Assembly (NCBI GenBank): GCA_964016885.1
Contig: OZ024740.1
Coordinates: 97,464,001-97,528,000 of the forward strand
DNA: 64,000 nucleotides
Direction of reading: 5' to 3'
Origin: Eledone cirrhosa
Lineage: Eukaryota
The translations under genes and the position numbers were made by a program. Positions 41,400 through 53,176 of this stretch are shown in pieces. Each line of letters begins with the position of its first letter. Position 1 is the stretch's first letter. The notes beneath the pieces are model-generated. The model was not told the origin of the DNA, did not search any database, and was given only the letters and a program-made list of their open reading frames with translations.

Positions 41400-44300
41400 A
41401 AAACCCCGTGACCAAGAAATACCGGGATGGCGGCCGGCGGGGAATAGCCGTGTCTCTAAGGGAGAACGACCCCTCTACTCTTGGTTGACACTCGTTCTAG
41501 AAGTGGTAAGACGAAATGATTACCCCCTTGGCGGATCGAAAAATCAGCTAAAAATCGAAAAATCAGCTAATGGTTCAAACCTTCCCATCACTTCGGAGCT
41601 GGAGACCTCCCATAACCGGAATACTCCTACCGTTGGCCCTCCATGCTCACCACCAAGAAATCCAAAGAAAAAGAGAGAAAAATGGTCAAGGGAAGATAAT
41701 AAAGAAGTCCTTGAGGCTTTCTACACTGCCATGTATTACCCATCAAATACATCGAATACAGAACAGACATATATCAACTGGAAAAAGAAACATCCCGAAA
41801 ACAGAGGCTATATTGACAGTAACAAACTAGCCAATATACGAAGAAATATTGTAAGAAAAAAGTTACTAACTGATATAGAAATTGATCAGATCAAGCTATT
41901 AGCACAAAGTCAGCGAAGGGAAAATGAAACATGTGTCAGTGAAAACGAGGTAAATTGAAACACTTCGAATCCCAGGGTTGGGGCGGAATCACTGGCAACA
42001 GAACAAATTAAAGAAAGGATCGAAAAAGTGGAGGGAGTGCATGCTCAAGATGAAACTGCAAATGAAAATAATGAGATCGTAAATGATAAAGAAATGAATG
42101 AGAATGAACTTGCCAACTTGAAGGATGAAATTATGATCGAATGGATGAAAATGAAAGAATCTGACATGGGGAAACGAGACACCCTCCCTAAGATCCAGAA
42201 CTCCAAACAGAACCAAAAGATAATACACAAGACTAACATAATTCTCAAAAACATTATCATCACAAACAAACTAAACATTACTGATTTAAATCATCTCTAT
42301 TATGCATCGGCTAAAGTCACCACTCACTTATGTGGAGTGAAGATGAAAAAACAAAGGAATTCCCACAAGAAATCTACTTGGCAAGAGAACATCAATCGCC
42401 AAATAAACCTTCTCCGATCTGACATAGAAATTTTAACAAACTATAAAGTAGGTGAACATGTTAAACAAACTAAACTTAGAAAATTGAAAAAAAAGTACAG
42501 TATAAAATCAACAAGTGACATAGACATGCTGATAGAAATAATCAAGCAAAAAGTGTCGGCCAAAGCTGCTCGTATAAGGCGCTTTGAAAAACGATCTAGA
42601 TTCTATAAGGACAATAATATGTTCAAAAACAACCAAAGAAACTTCTACAGAAAAATTGGTAAGTCAACAATAACTACTAAATCAATACCACCCAAGGAGG
42701 AAGTGCAAGAATTCTGTGAAAAGATCTGGGCCGAAGAAAAAGTTCATAACATACATGCCCCATGGATAGACATACAAATGAAAGATACAGCTCACCTTGA
42801 GGAACAAATATGGGAAAATATAACAGTTGAACAGTTGCGCTTGGCTCTAAGAAAAACCAGCAAATGGAAATCCCCAGGAAAAGACAAAATACAAAACTTT
42901 TGGATAAATGCCTTCACAGAGTCTCATGAGCTGTTAGCCCAACTTTACAATGAAATAGTTAAGGAGCCAGAAAAGATACCATCATGGCTAGTTAACGGCA
43001 TTACATTCCTGCTTCCGAAGAATGATGAGACAAACAATCCCTAAAATTACAGACCGATAACTTGCTTGACTACAATGTATAACATTTTAACATCAGTCCT
43101 AACTGAATACACATATGACCACCTGATAACAAATGACCTATTTCCCATTGAGCAGAAAGGGTGTAAACGAGGTTCATATGGCTGTAAGTATCAGCTTCTG
43201 GTTAACAAAATGATACTGGAAGATTGTCATAATAGACACAAAAATCTATCGATTGCTTGGATAGATTATAAAAAAGCATTCGATAGTTTGCCACACAGTT
43301 GGATTGAAAAATGTTGAGAGATTTTCAAAATATCCCCCGTTGTCAGGAGGTTTTTGTCATTCAGTATGAAGACATGGAAAACGACACTCCTTTTGAATAA
43401 TGAAACAAAATCACTGGAAGCTGGAGAAGTTAATATTAATTGTGGAATTTTTCAGGGTGACTCTTTATCACCGCTTTTATTCTGCATCGCACTTATACCA
43501 TTAAGTAAAATGCTCAATGAAACAAAACATGGATATAAAGTCTATGACAAAACCATTAATCACTTGTTCTACATGGATGACCTGAAACTATTTGCAAAAA
43601 ATGATGAACAATTGCAAGGGCTATTATCCACTGTGAAGCAGTTCAGTGATGACATTAAAATGGAGTTTGGACTAGATAAATGCGCCAAAGCAACGTTCAC
43701 CAGAGGAAAGCTGCTGAGAGTTCAGACGTTAATCTTGATCAGGGGAACGTGATAAGAGAACTTGATCAAGAAAAAACTTACAAATATCTAGGTGTTTGTG
43801 AAGGAGACGGAATCAAGCACTCGACAATGAGGGAAAGGATAAGGAAGGAATGTTACCGCAGAGTAAAAGCAATCTTAAGAACGGAATTGAATGCAAGGAA
43901 TAGGATCGATGCCATAAACACGCTTGCCATACCAGTAGTAACCTACAGTTACAATGTCATCAACTGGTCAAGCACAGAGATCCGTAGGCTCGATACAAAA
44001 ATGAGAAAATTCTTAACCATGCACAGAATGCATCACTCTAAGGCAGATATAGATAGAATATATCTCCCTAGGAAAGAAGGAGGACGTGGGTTAATCCAGT
44101 TAGACATTGCGTTGAAAACTGCAACAATTGGATTATCTACATATCTAAGGGAATCACATGATTGGATGATCAAACTCGTTTTGAAACACGAAAGCATCAA
44201 AAGATTATATTCCATTACAAAAGATGCACAAAGATACAGTAATGGACTACAAATTTCAGAAGTCCCATTTACTGCTGAAATGGAAAACACAGAAAAAGCA

Positions 44301-45262
44301 AAGCAGGTAAAAGTAACTGCAAAGAAAGAACTGCTACAGAAACTGGCTAAGAAATGGCAAGAAAAGCCTCTGTATGGAAAATACCCAGAGCGAGCTAACA
44401 ATCCTGATGTTGACAAAACTTTAACCCATCAGTGGTTGGCATCCTCTGGACTGAAATCGGAGACTGAAGGACTGATTATATCAGCACAAGATCAGTGTCT
44501 GCCAACAAACAATTACCAAGCCAACATAATAAAAAATGGATGCAGCCCATTATGCCGTGTATGCAAAAAACAACCAGAGACCATTGACCATATAATTTCA
44601 ATGTGCAGTCCTATAGCTCCAACCGAATACCTAAACAGGCATGACAGAGCTGCACAATACATACATTGGATAATGTGTAAGCATTTTGACCTGCCCCATC
44701 AGAAGAATTGGTGGGAACATCAACCACCCCCATACTTGAAAAAGATCACATCTCAATCTTGTGGGACTTTAGCATCCAAACAGACCGAAAAATAGATGCA
44801 AATAGACCTGATATAATACTGAAGGACTTTAAAAAGAGGGTATGCCTGCTAATTGATATTTCTGTTCCAATAGACAAGAATGTATCTATAAAAACATTTG
44901 AAAAATTGAGCAAGTATAAGGACCTGAAGATAGAAACTGGAAAAATGTGGAAATTGAGAACTAAAACAATACCAGTGGTTGTAGGCGCTCTGGGAATGAT
45001 ACCTAAGGGGTCTAATGATTACTTATCGCAAATCCCAGGAAACCCGCGTATAGGAGAAATACAAAAGATAATACTAATGGGAACTGCCCATATACTAAGG
45101 AAGATTCTGTCAATATAAGTACATCACAAGTCTAAACACTAAAGATGCATGTGTGAGTATGTATGTTCTTTCTTGAACATGGCGGACCTTGTTGTCTCTT
45201 GAGGTCACTGGTTGTGACTTGGTGATACCTCGTATGAACATAAAGCAGGATAAATGCAACTG

Positions 45263-45290
<28 letters not shown>
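41400..45290 (+). mobile_element. Near-full-length R4/Dong-clade non-LTR retrotransposon (RT + CCHC + restriction-like endonuclease), inactivated
   Basis: WKSPGKD, YRPITCL, EQKG, WIDYKKAFDSLPH, GIFQGDSLSP, YMDDLK, YKYLG, GGRGL, CRVC..ETIDHIISMC, RHD, RPDI..LIDISVP..K..KY. Several stops and frameshifts; ends in (TAA)n, the known Dong target repeat. Confidence 0.92.
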
Positions 45291-45293
<3 letters not shown>

Positions 45294-45301
45294 GCCAATT
45301 C

Positions 45302-45825
45302 GCCACGAAAGTGCAAGAGAAGGAGAGAGAGAAAATTACCCGATACCAGGACTTAAAGTGGGAGGTAAAATGGATCTGGAACTGCCATGAAGTCAAAGTG
45401 GTCCCGTTTGTCATAGGCGCACTAGGTACTATCTCAAAGAGTTTCCAAGGACGGTTAAAGAAAATTGGTCCCGCCCCGCTTTTTGGAACACTTCAAAAGG
45501 CATGCTTGCTGGGAACAGCAAGAACCCTCCGATACGTCCTGAATATCTGAGGCTGCAGGTAGTGTCTTGATATTCATTTCAACAAACTTTCCAGTTAAAT
45601 AACATTAATAACTGAGACTCAAAGAACAATAATAATAATAATAATTGGAACACTTTTTTGAGAACATTTCAAAAGGCATGCTTGCTGGAACAGCAATAAC
45701 CCTCCGATACGTCCTGAATATCTAAGGCTGCAGGTAGCGGCTTGATATTCATTTCAACAAACTTTCCAGTTAAATAACATCAATGACTGAGACTCAAAAA
45801 ACAATAATAATAATAATAATATTAA
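45302..45825 (+). mobile_element. Two stacked 3' fragments of a second Dong-type family
   Basis: 45302-45645 and 45646-45825 both match 40005-40330 (ACLLGTARTLRYVLNI* plus UTR tgaggctgc..gagactcaaa). Each ends in (TAA)n. Confidence 0.85.
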
Positions 45826-45993
45826 TATTTATGCTCATCTATATAATCTATATATAATTATAAATAAGAAAAGGTAATATTTTGTATTACCCAATTACCA
45901 GTAAGAAAATTAGCTCAATGTAATTTATCGGATGTATTACAGAGCATAAATACAAAATATAAAACAATCAAATTTTTGTTTAATACATTTAAT

Positions 45994-46040
45994 TACTGAC
46001 GATGGTTTCTTCCAGACAACTGTCTGGATTCATCGGAGTA
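45994..46040 (-). ncRNA. Hammerhead ribozyme-like motif (U4C)
   Basis: Minus strand: tact CCGATGA a tccagac agtt gtctgga a GAAA ccatcg TC agta. Outer pairing acatt/aatgt. Confidence 0.6.
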
Positions 46041-49000
46041 TACACAATGTTTAAACAACTAATTATATTCCTAGTCTTTAGAACATTCATTAAGATTCAT
46101 TATTATTAACAGTGTCAGTGACATCATATTGAAAAACAAAAGTAATAAAATGATATTACGGTGAAAATATAGCAAGATATTGGAAGGTGTTATAACGATA
46201 GCAAAATATTGGAAGGTGTTATAAAGAGTATATTACACAGAAAGTTAATAATACATTATGGTAATACAGATCAAAATGATAGCAAACATATGCATGATAT
46301 TACAGTAAAAAGATATCAAATATTGAAAGATGTTATAAGATGAGTATAATTAAAAGTGAATATATCAGGCATATTACATAAAGAATGTTAATAATAGCAT
46401 GCATTAAGTTAAAACAGATACATAATGATAGCATAGATATAAATGTTATGTAAAGATTATATGGCGAATTAGTTGCATTCAAAGATGTTTATATTGGAGT
46501 TAATGTAAAAATGTTTATTCTGGAGGTAATGTAAAGAGTTTAAGTAGGTAATGTTAATATATATAATTGTGGCATGAGTAAGCAATAAGCATAGATTCGT
46601 AAAGTTTAAATAAATATATAAAGCAAACATTAATCCAAAGAGGCTGCACAAGTCAAAGACAATGGAAAAGGCAACAGAGAAATTAACAGTCCCTTCTTTT
46701 AGGTCTACTTCTTGAAATCATTATAGTTTCAATGTTGAGGCTATTCTTTCCAGTGCATGTGGGATGCATCAATATAAGCAGACACAGGACAAGTTGTGCC
46801 TTTTGTGAATTACACAAATATGACAAAAACAAAATAATACAAACCAATGAGTTTCTACTGAAAAGAAAGATATAGAAATGAGCTGCATGGTAGCTTAGGC
46901 AAAAAGAGAAAAATAGATAAAAGAAATAGTTTTGGACTGCAGTCCTATTAAGACAGTGGTAGAGATGGGACGAAGTGAGGGTGAGGGAGAACAAATTAGA
47001 GACAGAGAAAGAAAGCAAGAGGGTGGTGTAATGTCTATCGAATAGTAATAACAAATATATTTGGTTGCATCAAAGACAAAACAAAAACAATGGAAAAATG
47101 AACTGCCCCTTCTCTTCAGTCAACTTCAGTCAACTTCTGGAATTCCCTATACTTTTGTTACATTAAAATTGCGATTATTCATCAGAGTGCTCATAGAAGG
47201 CAACAGAATAGGGAGACACAGGACAAATTGTGCCTTTCATTAAATTACACCTACAAAGAAAAAAATGCTACAAACCAATATACTTTAACTGAAAAGGAAG
47301 AGAGAGAAATATGGTGTTAGGTAGTTTAACCAAAATGAGAAAAATGATTGCATAAGTTAGAAGGTTGTCACCTTATGAGACTGGCATGACAGGTGACCAT
47401 ATATATCTTGCTGATATGGAACTGTTTCTGGCTTGTTTCTAATGCTGGATGTCCTTCCAAATGCCATGATCTTCCTCACACCAAATATATATGCCACTTT
47501 ATTCCTCAGAAAATAAAAGTTACACCATGCTTTCATGTATTGAATACTCATTAATTTGATATTTGAACGTTTCATGTACATTTTGTATGTGAACAAACCC
47601 TTCAGAATATATACACCGACATGTTACCCATCCAACTCATGCCAGCATTTAAAAGTGGACACTAGATGATGATGATAATGACACACACATACACACACTT
47701 ATGCAGACATATATATGTAGTTAAATTCATTAGACTGTTTAGAAGTCAGTTATAGAATTTCATGTGCATTATCAGAGCCATAAAAACTTTGGCTAATTTC
47801 CATCAACTCTTTTCCAACTTACGAAGTTTGAATTTATATTCAATCTTCTAGTCATCAATGGTGTTACTGTTGATTTGATGATTCATATGTACTTCACACA
47901 TTTTGAAAATTTCATACCACAAAACTGTACTTGTTATAATTTCAACTTTAGAGAGTGTTTGACATTTCATATGGTATGTTTAGTTCATATGTCATACATA
48001 AGTGTCATATTATTTATATGTTAAAACTCATTAAATGCATTACTAGATTGTTTCAAAGCCCCATTTTCACCCCATTATCAGTCTCTTCCATAACAGATTC
48101 CTGTATGAAGATATTCTTTTCAATTTCCTAACGATGGTGTCTATTTATTTTGTTTCAGGTTTCCCATTTTTATGTAGCTTTTTCATATTTTTAACTGAAA
48201 ATATTGGTTTGAGGAGGAGGGTTCCTGTTTTTTTAACAATGGAACAGCCTGTTTATAAAATGAATGTATATGCTGCTGAGCATTCCATGAAAGGAGACTC
48301 AGTGAGCCACTGGCTATGGAAAGTGACACTTACCCAAGATGCCATGCAATAGGGTTGAAAAGAGAACTGAATGTTTGCAAAGCAAACTTCTTAAGAGAAC
48401 TGAGAGAAAATTTGAGTATGAGATGAACCAAATATAATATGCAAGAGATACGATGGTGCTGGTATGGGGATGTGCTTTATTAGAAGATTGAGAGCTGCAT
48501 ATAACAGGGCTGAGTGCTGTAAGTAATTGAATCCTATAGTGAATGAAGACCAAAGAAAATAATGGCAAAGAAATGAAGAATTATCTGAAGAAAATGAAGT
48601 TCACAAATGAAATGAGATAGAATTGATTTGGTAGGCAATATGTCATATGACTAAAGACCTATTCATCTGGGCAAGCTCTGTGAAGCTAAAAGTAAATGTG
48701 ACGAGAGGTCAGCAAATACATGTAGAGGTCCCTTTAATCTGTAAATCTTGCATACACAAAATGTGTAGTGTTATAGCAGGCAGACTAATAGGAAAGTTAG
48801 ACTTTGTAGGTCGCAGATGCAAAAGGAGAGTTGGTATTAAGAGCATCAGAGAATTTTTTTTTTTTCAATTCCAGGAAGCATCGATATATGTTGATAGATT
48901 CTGCTCTTAGCAATCGCAGAGGCTATACTGAGAGTATAGTAGCCGGAATAAGAACAGGATGGTACAAAATACATTTATATATCATCAACATCATTTTACA

Positions 49001-49046
49001 TATGAGAGAATGTTACATATGCTTTTCTATATATGCTTTTCTATAT

Positions 49047-50666
49047 ATGAAGACGGGTAAGGCGGCTGGGCCTTCGGAAATAGTTGCTGAGATGCTGAAG
49101 GCATCTGGTTCGGTGGGACACACCATGGTCACCCGGATAGTTAACCAAGTCGTACAGAATGGGGTTGTTCCGAAGGAATGGCGTAGCAGCATCATCGTTA
49201 ACTGCTATAAGGGAAAAGGAGATGCCCTAGATAGGAGTAACTATAGAGGCATTAAATTAATCGACCAGGTCATGAAGGTCACGGAAAAAGTAATAGCGCA
49301 ACTAATCAGAGAGAGAATTGATCTAGATGAAATGCAGTTCGGGTTTGTGTCAGGCAAAAGTACCACAGACGCTCTTTTCATTGTACGACAACTACAGGAG
49401 AAGTACCTAGCTAAAAGTAAACCCCTATACTTAACTTTCGTCGACTTGGAGAAAGCCTTTGACAGAGTCCCCCGTTCCATTATCTGGTGGTCTCTTAGAA
49501 AACTAGGTGTTGACGAATGGCTTGTGAGAGCTATACAAGCCATGTATAAAGAAACAGTCAGTAAGGTTAGAATTAACAACGAATATAGTGAAGAGTTTAG
49601 CGTAAAAGTTGGTGTCCATCAGGGCTCTGTTCTTAGCCCCCTACTATTTATTATTGCCCTTCAGGCTATAACAGAGGAGTTCAAGACCGGCTGCCCATGG
49701 GAACTCCTATACGCAGATGATCTAACGCTCATAGCTGAATCAATGACCGAACTAGAGAAGAAATTCCAAACGTGGAAGCACGGCCTAGAATCAAAAGGCC
49801 TTAAAATTAACCTGGCTAAGACTAAAGTTCTAGTTTGTAGGAAAGAAAATAAGGCGGCGGTCCCATCGGGGAAATGGCCATGCTCAGTGTGTAGGAAAGG
49901 CGTAGGTAGAAACTCCATTTTATGTCCCAAATGCAAAGTATGGGTGCATAAAAGATGTAGTGGGATCACAGGTAAGCTAACTAAGAACATAGATTTTACA
50001 TGTGGCCGGTGCTCTGGTGCAATAAGTAGCAGCAAGTGCCCACAAAATACTAGCTCCTTCAACTGCGCAGAGGGTTCTATAGAAATAGTGGACAGCTTCC
50101 GTTATCTGGGTGACAAAATCAGCAGTGGGGGAGGGTGCTCTGAAAGTACAGTAGCTAGAGTCAGAACTGGATGGAAAAAGTTCAGAGAGCTTATACCACT
50201 ATTAGCCGCTAGAGGGTTCTCCCTAAAAATGAAAGGCAGGTTATACGATGCCTGCATACGAACAGCAATGCTGCATGGCAGTGAGACCTGGGCATTGTGT
50301 GCAGAGGATATACGCAGACTAGAGAGGAACGAAGCGTGCATGCTCCGCTGGATGTGCAATAGTAATATACGTGAACGGCAAAGCATAAACGAACTAAGGA
50401 AAAAATTAGAAATAAGAGGGATCAGATGTTGTTTACTCGAGAGAAGGCTACGTTGGTACGGTCACGTGATGTGCATGAAAGACGACAGCTGTATAACAAA
50501 GTGCAGGGCAATAAAGATAGACGGTAGCCACGGAGTAGGCAGACCCAGAAAAATATGGGACGAGCTGATAAATTCCGACCTCACACGCTTACACCTCTCC
50601 AAGACAATGGAACTGGACCGAGACCTTTGGCGGTACTCAGTAATAGAGAAGACCCGCCTTACCTAA
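49047..50666 (+). CDS. RTE reverse transcriptase (uninterrupted, N-terminally truncated) with a PHD-like Cys4-His-Cys3 insert
   Basis: KAAGPS, NYRGIKL, QFGF, FVDLEKAFDRVP, HQGSVLSP, YADD, CSVC..CPKC..HKRC..CGRC, FRYLG, HGSETW, RLRWYGHV, GRPRKIW. The first 72 aa of the called 48831 ORF are flanking sequence. Confidence 0.88.
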   Translation: MKTGKAAGPSEIVAEMLKASGSVGHTMVTRIVNQVVQNGVVPKEWRSSIIVNCYKGKGDALDRSNYRGIKLIDQVMKVTEKVIAQLIRERIDLDEMQFGFVSGKSTTDALFIVRQLQEKYLAKSKPLYLTFVDLEKAFDRVPRSIIWWSLRKLGVDEWLVRAIQAMYKETVSKVRINNEYSEEFSVKVGVHQGSVLSPLLFIIALQAITEEFKTGCPWELLYADDLTLIAESMTELEKKFQTWKHGLESKGLKINLAKTKVLVCRKENKAAVPSGKWPCSVCRKGVGRNSILCPKCKVWVHKRCSGITGKLTKNIDFTCGRCSGAISSSKCPQNTSSFNCAEGSIEIVDSFRYLGDKISSGGGCSESTVARVRTGWKKFRELIPLLAARGFSLKMKGRLYDACIRTAMLHGSETWALCAEDIRRLERNEACMLRWMCNSNIRERQSINELRKKLEIRGIRCCLLERRLRWYGHVMCMKDDSCITKCRAIKIDGSHGVGRPRKIWDELINSDLTRLHLSKTMELDRDLWRYSVIEKTRLT

Positions 50667-51175
50667 ATACAAAGTAAAAACCTACTACAGTCAGTAGGCA
50701 TCTCTATCAAAACACACCCCCGTCCCACCACCTCCACCCCACCCACACCGCCCCTTTCAATGTAAAGTTATGTTGGTCCCACAACATCCAGGCCGAAACA
50801 AATGAGATCGTGTAGGTGTCACGACAAAAAACACACAGTCCACGCTGTAAATGTGGCCGTGTAGGCAACACGGTAAAAACCTCCCAGCCCCACACTGTAA
50901 ATGTGGTTGGTGTTAGGAAGGGCATCCAGCTGTAGAAAACCCGCCAGACAGTCCACGCTGTAATGTGGCCGTGTAGGCAACACGGTAAAAACCTCCCAGC
51001 CCCACACTGTAAATGTGGTTGGTGTTAGGAAGGGCATCCAACTGTAGAAAACCCGCCAGACAGTTCTATGCGAGCAAGACAACCACTCTTGCCTCAATTG
51101 GGAAAACCCCCGTCCAAACCCATGCAAGCGTGGAACACGGACGCTAAACCTGATGATGATGATGATGATGATGAT
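49047..51175 (+). mobile_element. Young 5'-truncated RTE LINE with (GAT)n tail
   Basis: Open RT frame to 50666, 3' UTR with a ~113-bp tandem duplication (50835-51059), and (GAT)n at 51151-51175. It adjoins an older RTE remnant at ~48640-48970. Confidence 0.93.
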
Positions 51176-53090
51176 ATGTATATGTAATTTAATAAACTTT
51201 TTCCCTTTAGACATTTAAAAGCATCATAAACAAATTTCTTTCTCACATCCCAGACAAGTAATCTTCAAAAGTATACTTTATACAATAAGATCAAAGACCT
51301 CTTCACCGACATATTTTAGAAAAATGCTTCATGATACTTGGGTCACTTGACGTATTCAGAGATGATGGGAAAATAATTCAGCATTGTGGGAGTATTTTCT
51401 ATCATAGCTACGTGTTGACCCACGTCTGATGAATTGCAATTGTAATTTAGTAGGGTGAAACTGTGTGAAAATATGTTTGCATATACTAATGTAAATACTT
51501 TGTTGCATTGGTGCCAATAAAATAAGAAGTGTATCACTCTAAAAGAGACGTAAATCTGATGAAACTTAAACATTCTAAAAGTAAAGTTCAAGAAAACTAG
51601 CACCATAAAACATGAGCTCCATCAGTACTGACCACCTAACAAAACTACTGTCGAAAGACTAAATGACTAAAACCATTGAATCACTAAACGAATCTTATTT
51701 CTTTCAATCTGTTGCTTTTGTTTACCAGATTTTCATAAGTATTTAGCGAAAACCTAATGAATAATTTAAAAAAAAATTTAAGAAAGAGTTTTAAAAAAAA
51801 TTGTAACATCTAAATAAAACTGGAAACAAATAAAAACAAAATCTGTTTACAACGTACAATGTCAGTGTATTCCCAAGTTAGTACAAATAAATCAAACTAC
51901 AGTAGTTTAGTGACTACGAAGAAGTGTGAGTAGCATTTATGAAGTATTGCCATAAGTAATTAAATTTCATGCAAGACCTTGGTAGTAACGAGATGTCAAA
52001 ATATTTGATACATTGCTACAATTTCATAGTGTAATTAAAGTGATAAATTCTGTTAAAATTAAATAGATTCAATTAATATAAGCCCAAGAAGCAATAAAAA
52101 AAATAATGATTACAAAAACTAAAACAAGGGGATGTTATAAAAAACATTTATACATATAGACATAAACATATTTTTGAAATATACATATTCTCACATGCAC
52201 ATGAATATGCGTGTATGTTGGTGAGTGGAAATAGCAAACTAGCTTGTTAGAGTGTCAATTCAAATGTTTTGAGGTATTTGTTTCAGCTCTCTGTGTTCTG
52301 AATTTCCATGATATAATAGAGCCAAGTTGTATTCACCATTATCATTTTCTTGGACAATATAGATAGTGTGAAGATGGGAAACTTGAATACGTGGACAACT
52401 GCTGGTCTTCCAAAAAACAAACTCACCCTTAGCGTTCGTTTTATGTAGAAGATTTTCAGGTTTTATATCCTTAGTGTCATGAGACCTTCATAGTCTCACA
52501 GTGAGTATGTATGCTTATTATACAGATAGATGTTGTACATGGTTTCACATATAATTATATTCTAAACGAATTTGTGTTAGTGCTATTTCTAATTAATATG
52601 AAGAAGTCAAGTTTCTACTATATGTAAATAAGCTTTCAACAATAATAACTTGTTAATAACATCGATAAGATTTTAAAACCTTTAATAACACAATCTTTCT
52701 TGGCACAAGAAAACACCTTCTGAAATACTTGTCTAGAGAAATCTGACAGAGATACTGAGATAGGTGTGATATGATCACAGATTAAAATAATCACAGCATA
52801 TTTTATGGAGGTTTGTATACACCTTTTATATATATTGATATTTTCATTGATTTAATTGTCGATTAGTTGATATTCATTGTATTAATTTTATTGATAGCCC
52901 TAATTAATGTGTTCAATATTGCCAATAGAATACACAATCTCTATGAAAGTACTCCGTTGTTTTAATTCATTTTAGTTAGCATTGGATAAGTAACTGTGTG
53001 GCATGGTGTAATAAGGCCATGGGTGTGCAAAGCATCTTGTGGCAGTGTGACTTTATGAACTAATTAGGGTGTATATATAGTATATATATA

Positions 53091-53172
<82 letters not shown>

Positions 53173-53176
<4 letters not shown>

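Noticed and set aside
48831-49046. N-terminus of the 611-aa ORF as a real domain
   Set aside because: Chance read-through of an older RTE remnant and AT-rich flank; RT homology starts at about 49047.
52460-52500. Host-gene micro-exon (ttttcag ... gtgagt); similar candidates at ~33377 and ~51250-51425
   Set aside because: No compatible reading frame or recognisable protein; cannot be supported without RNA data.
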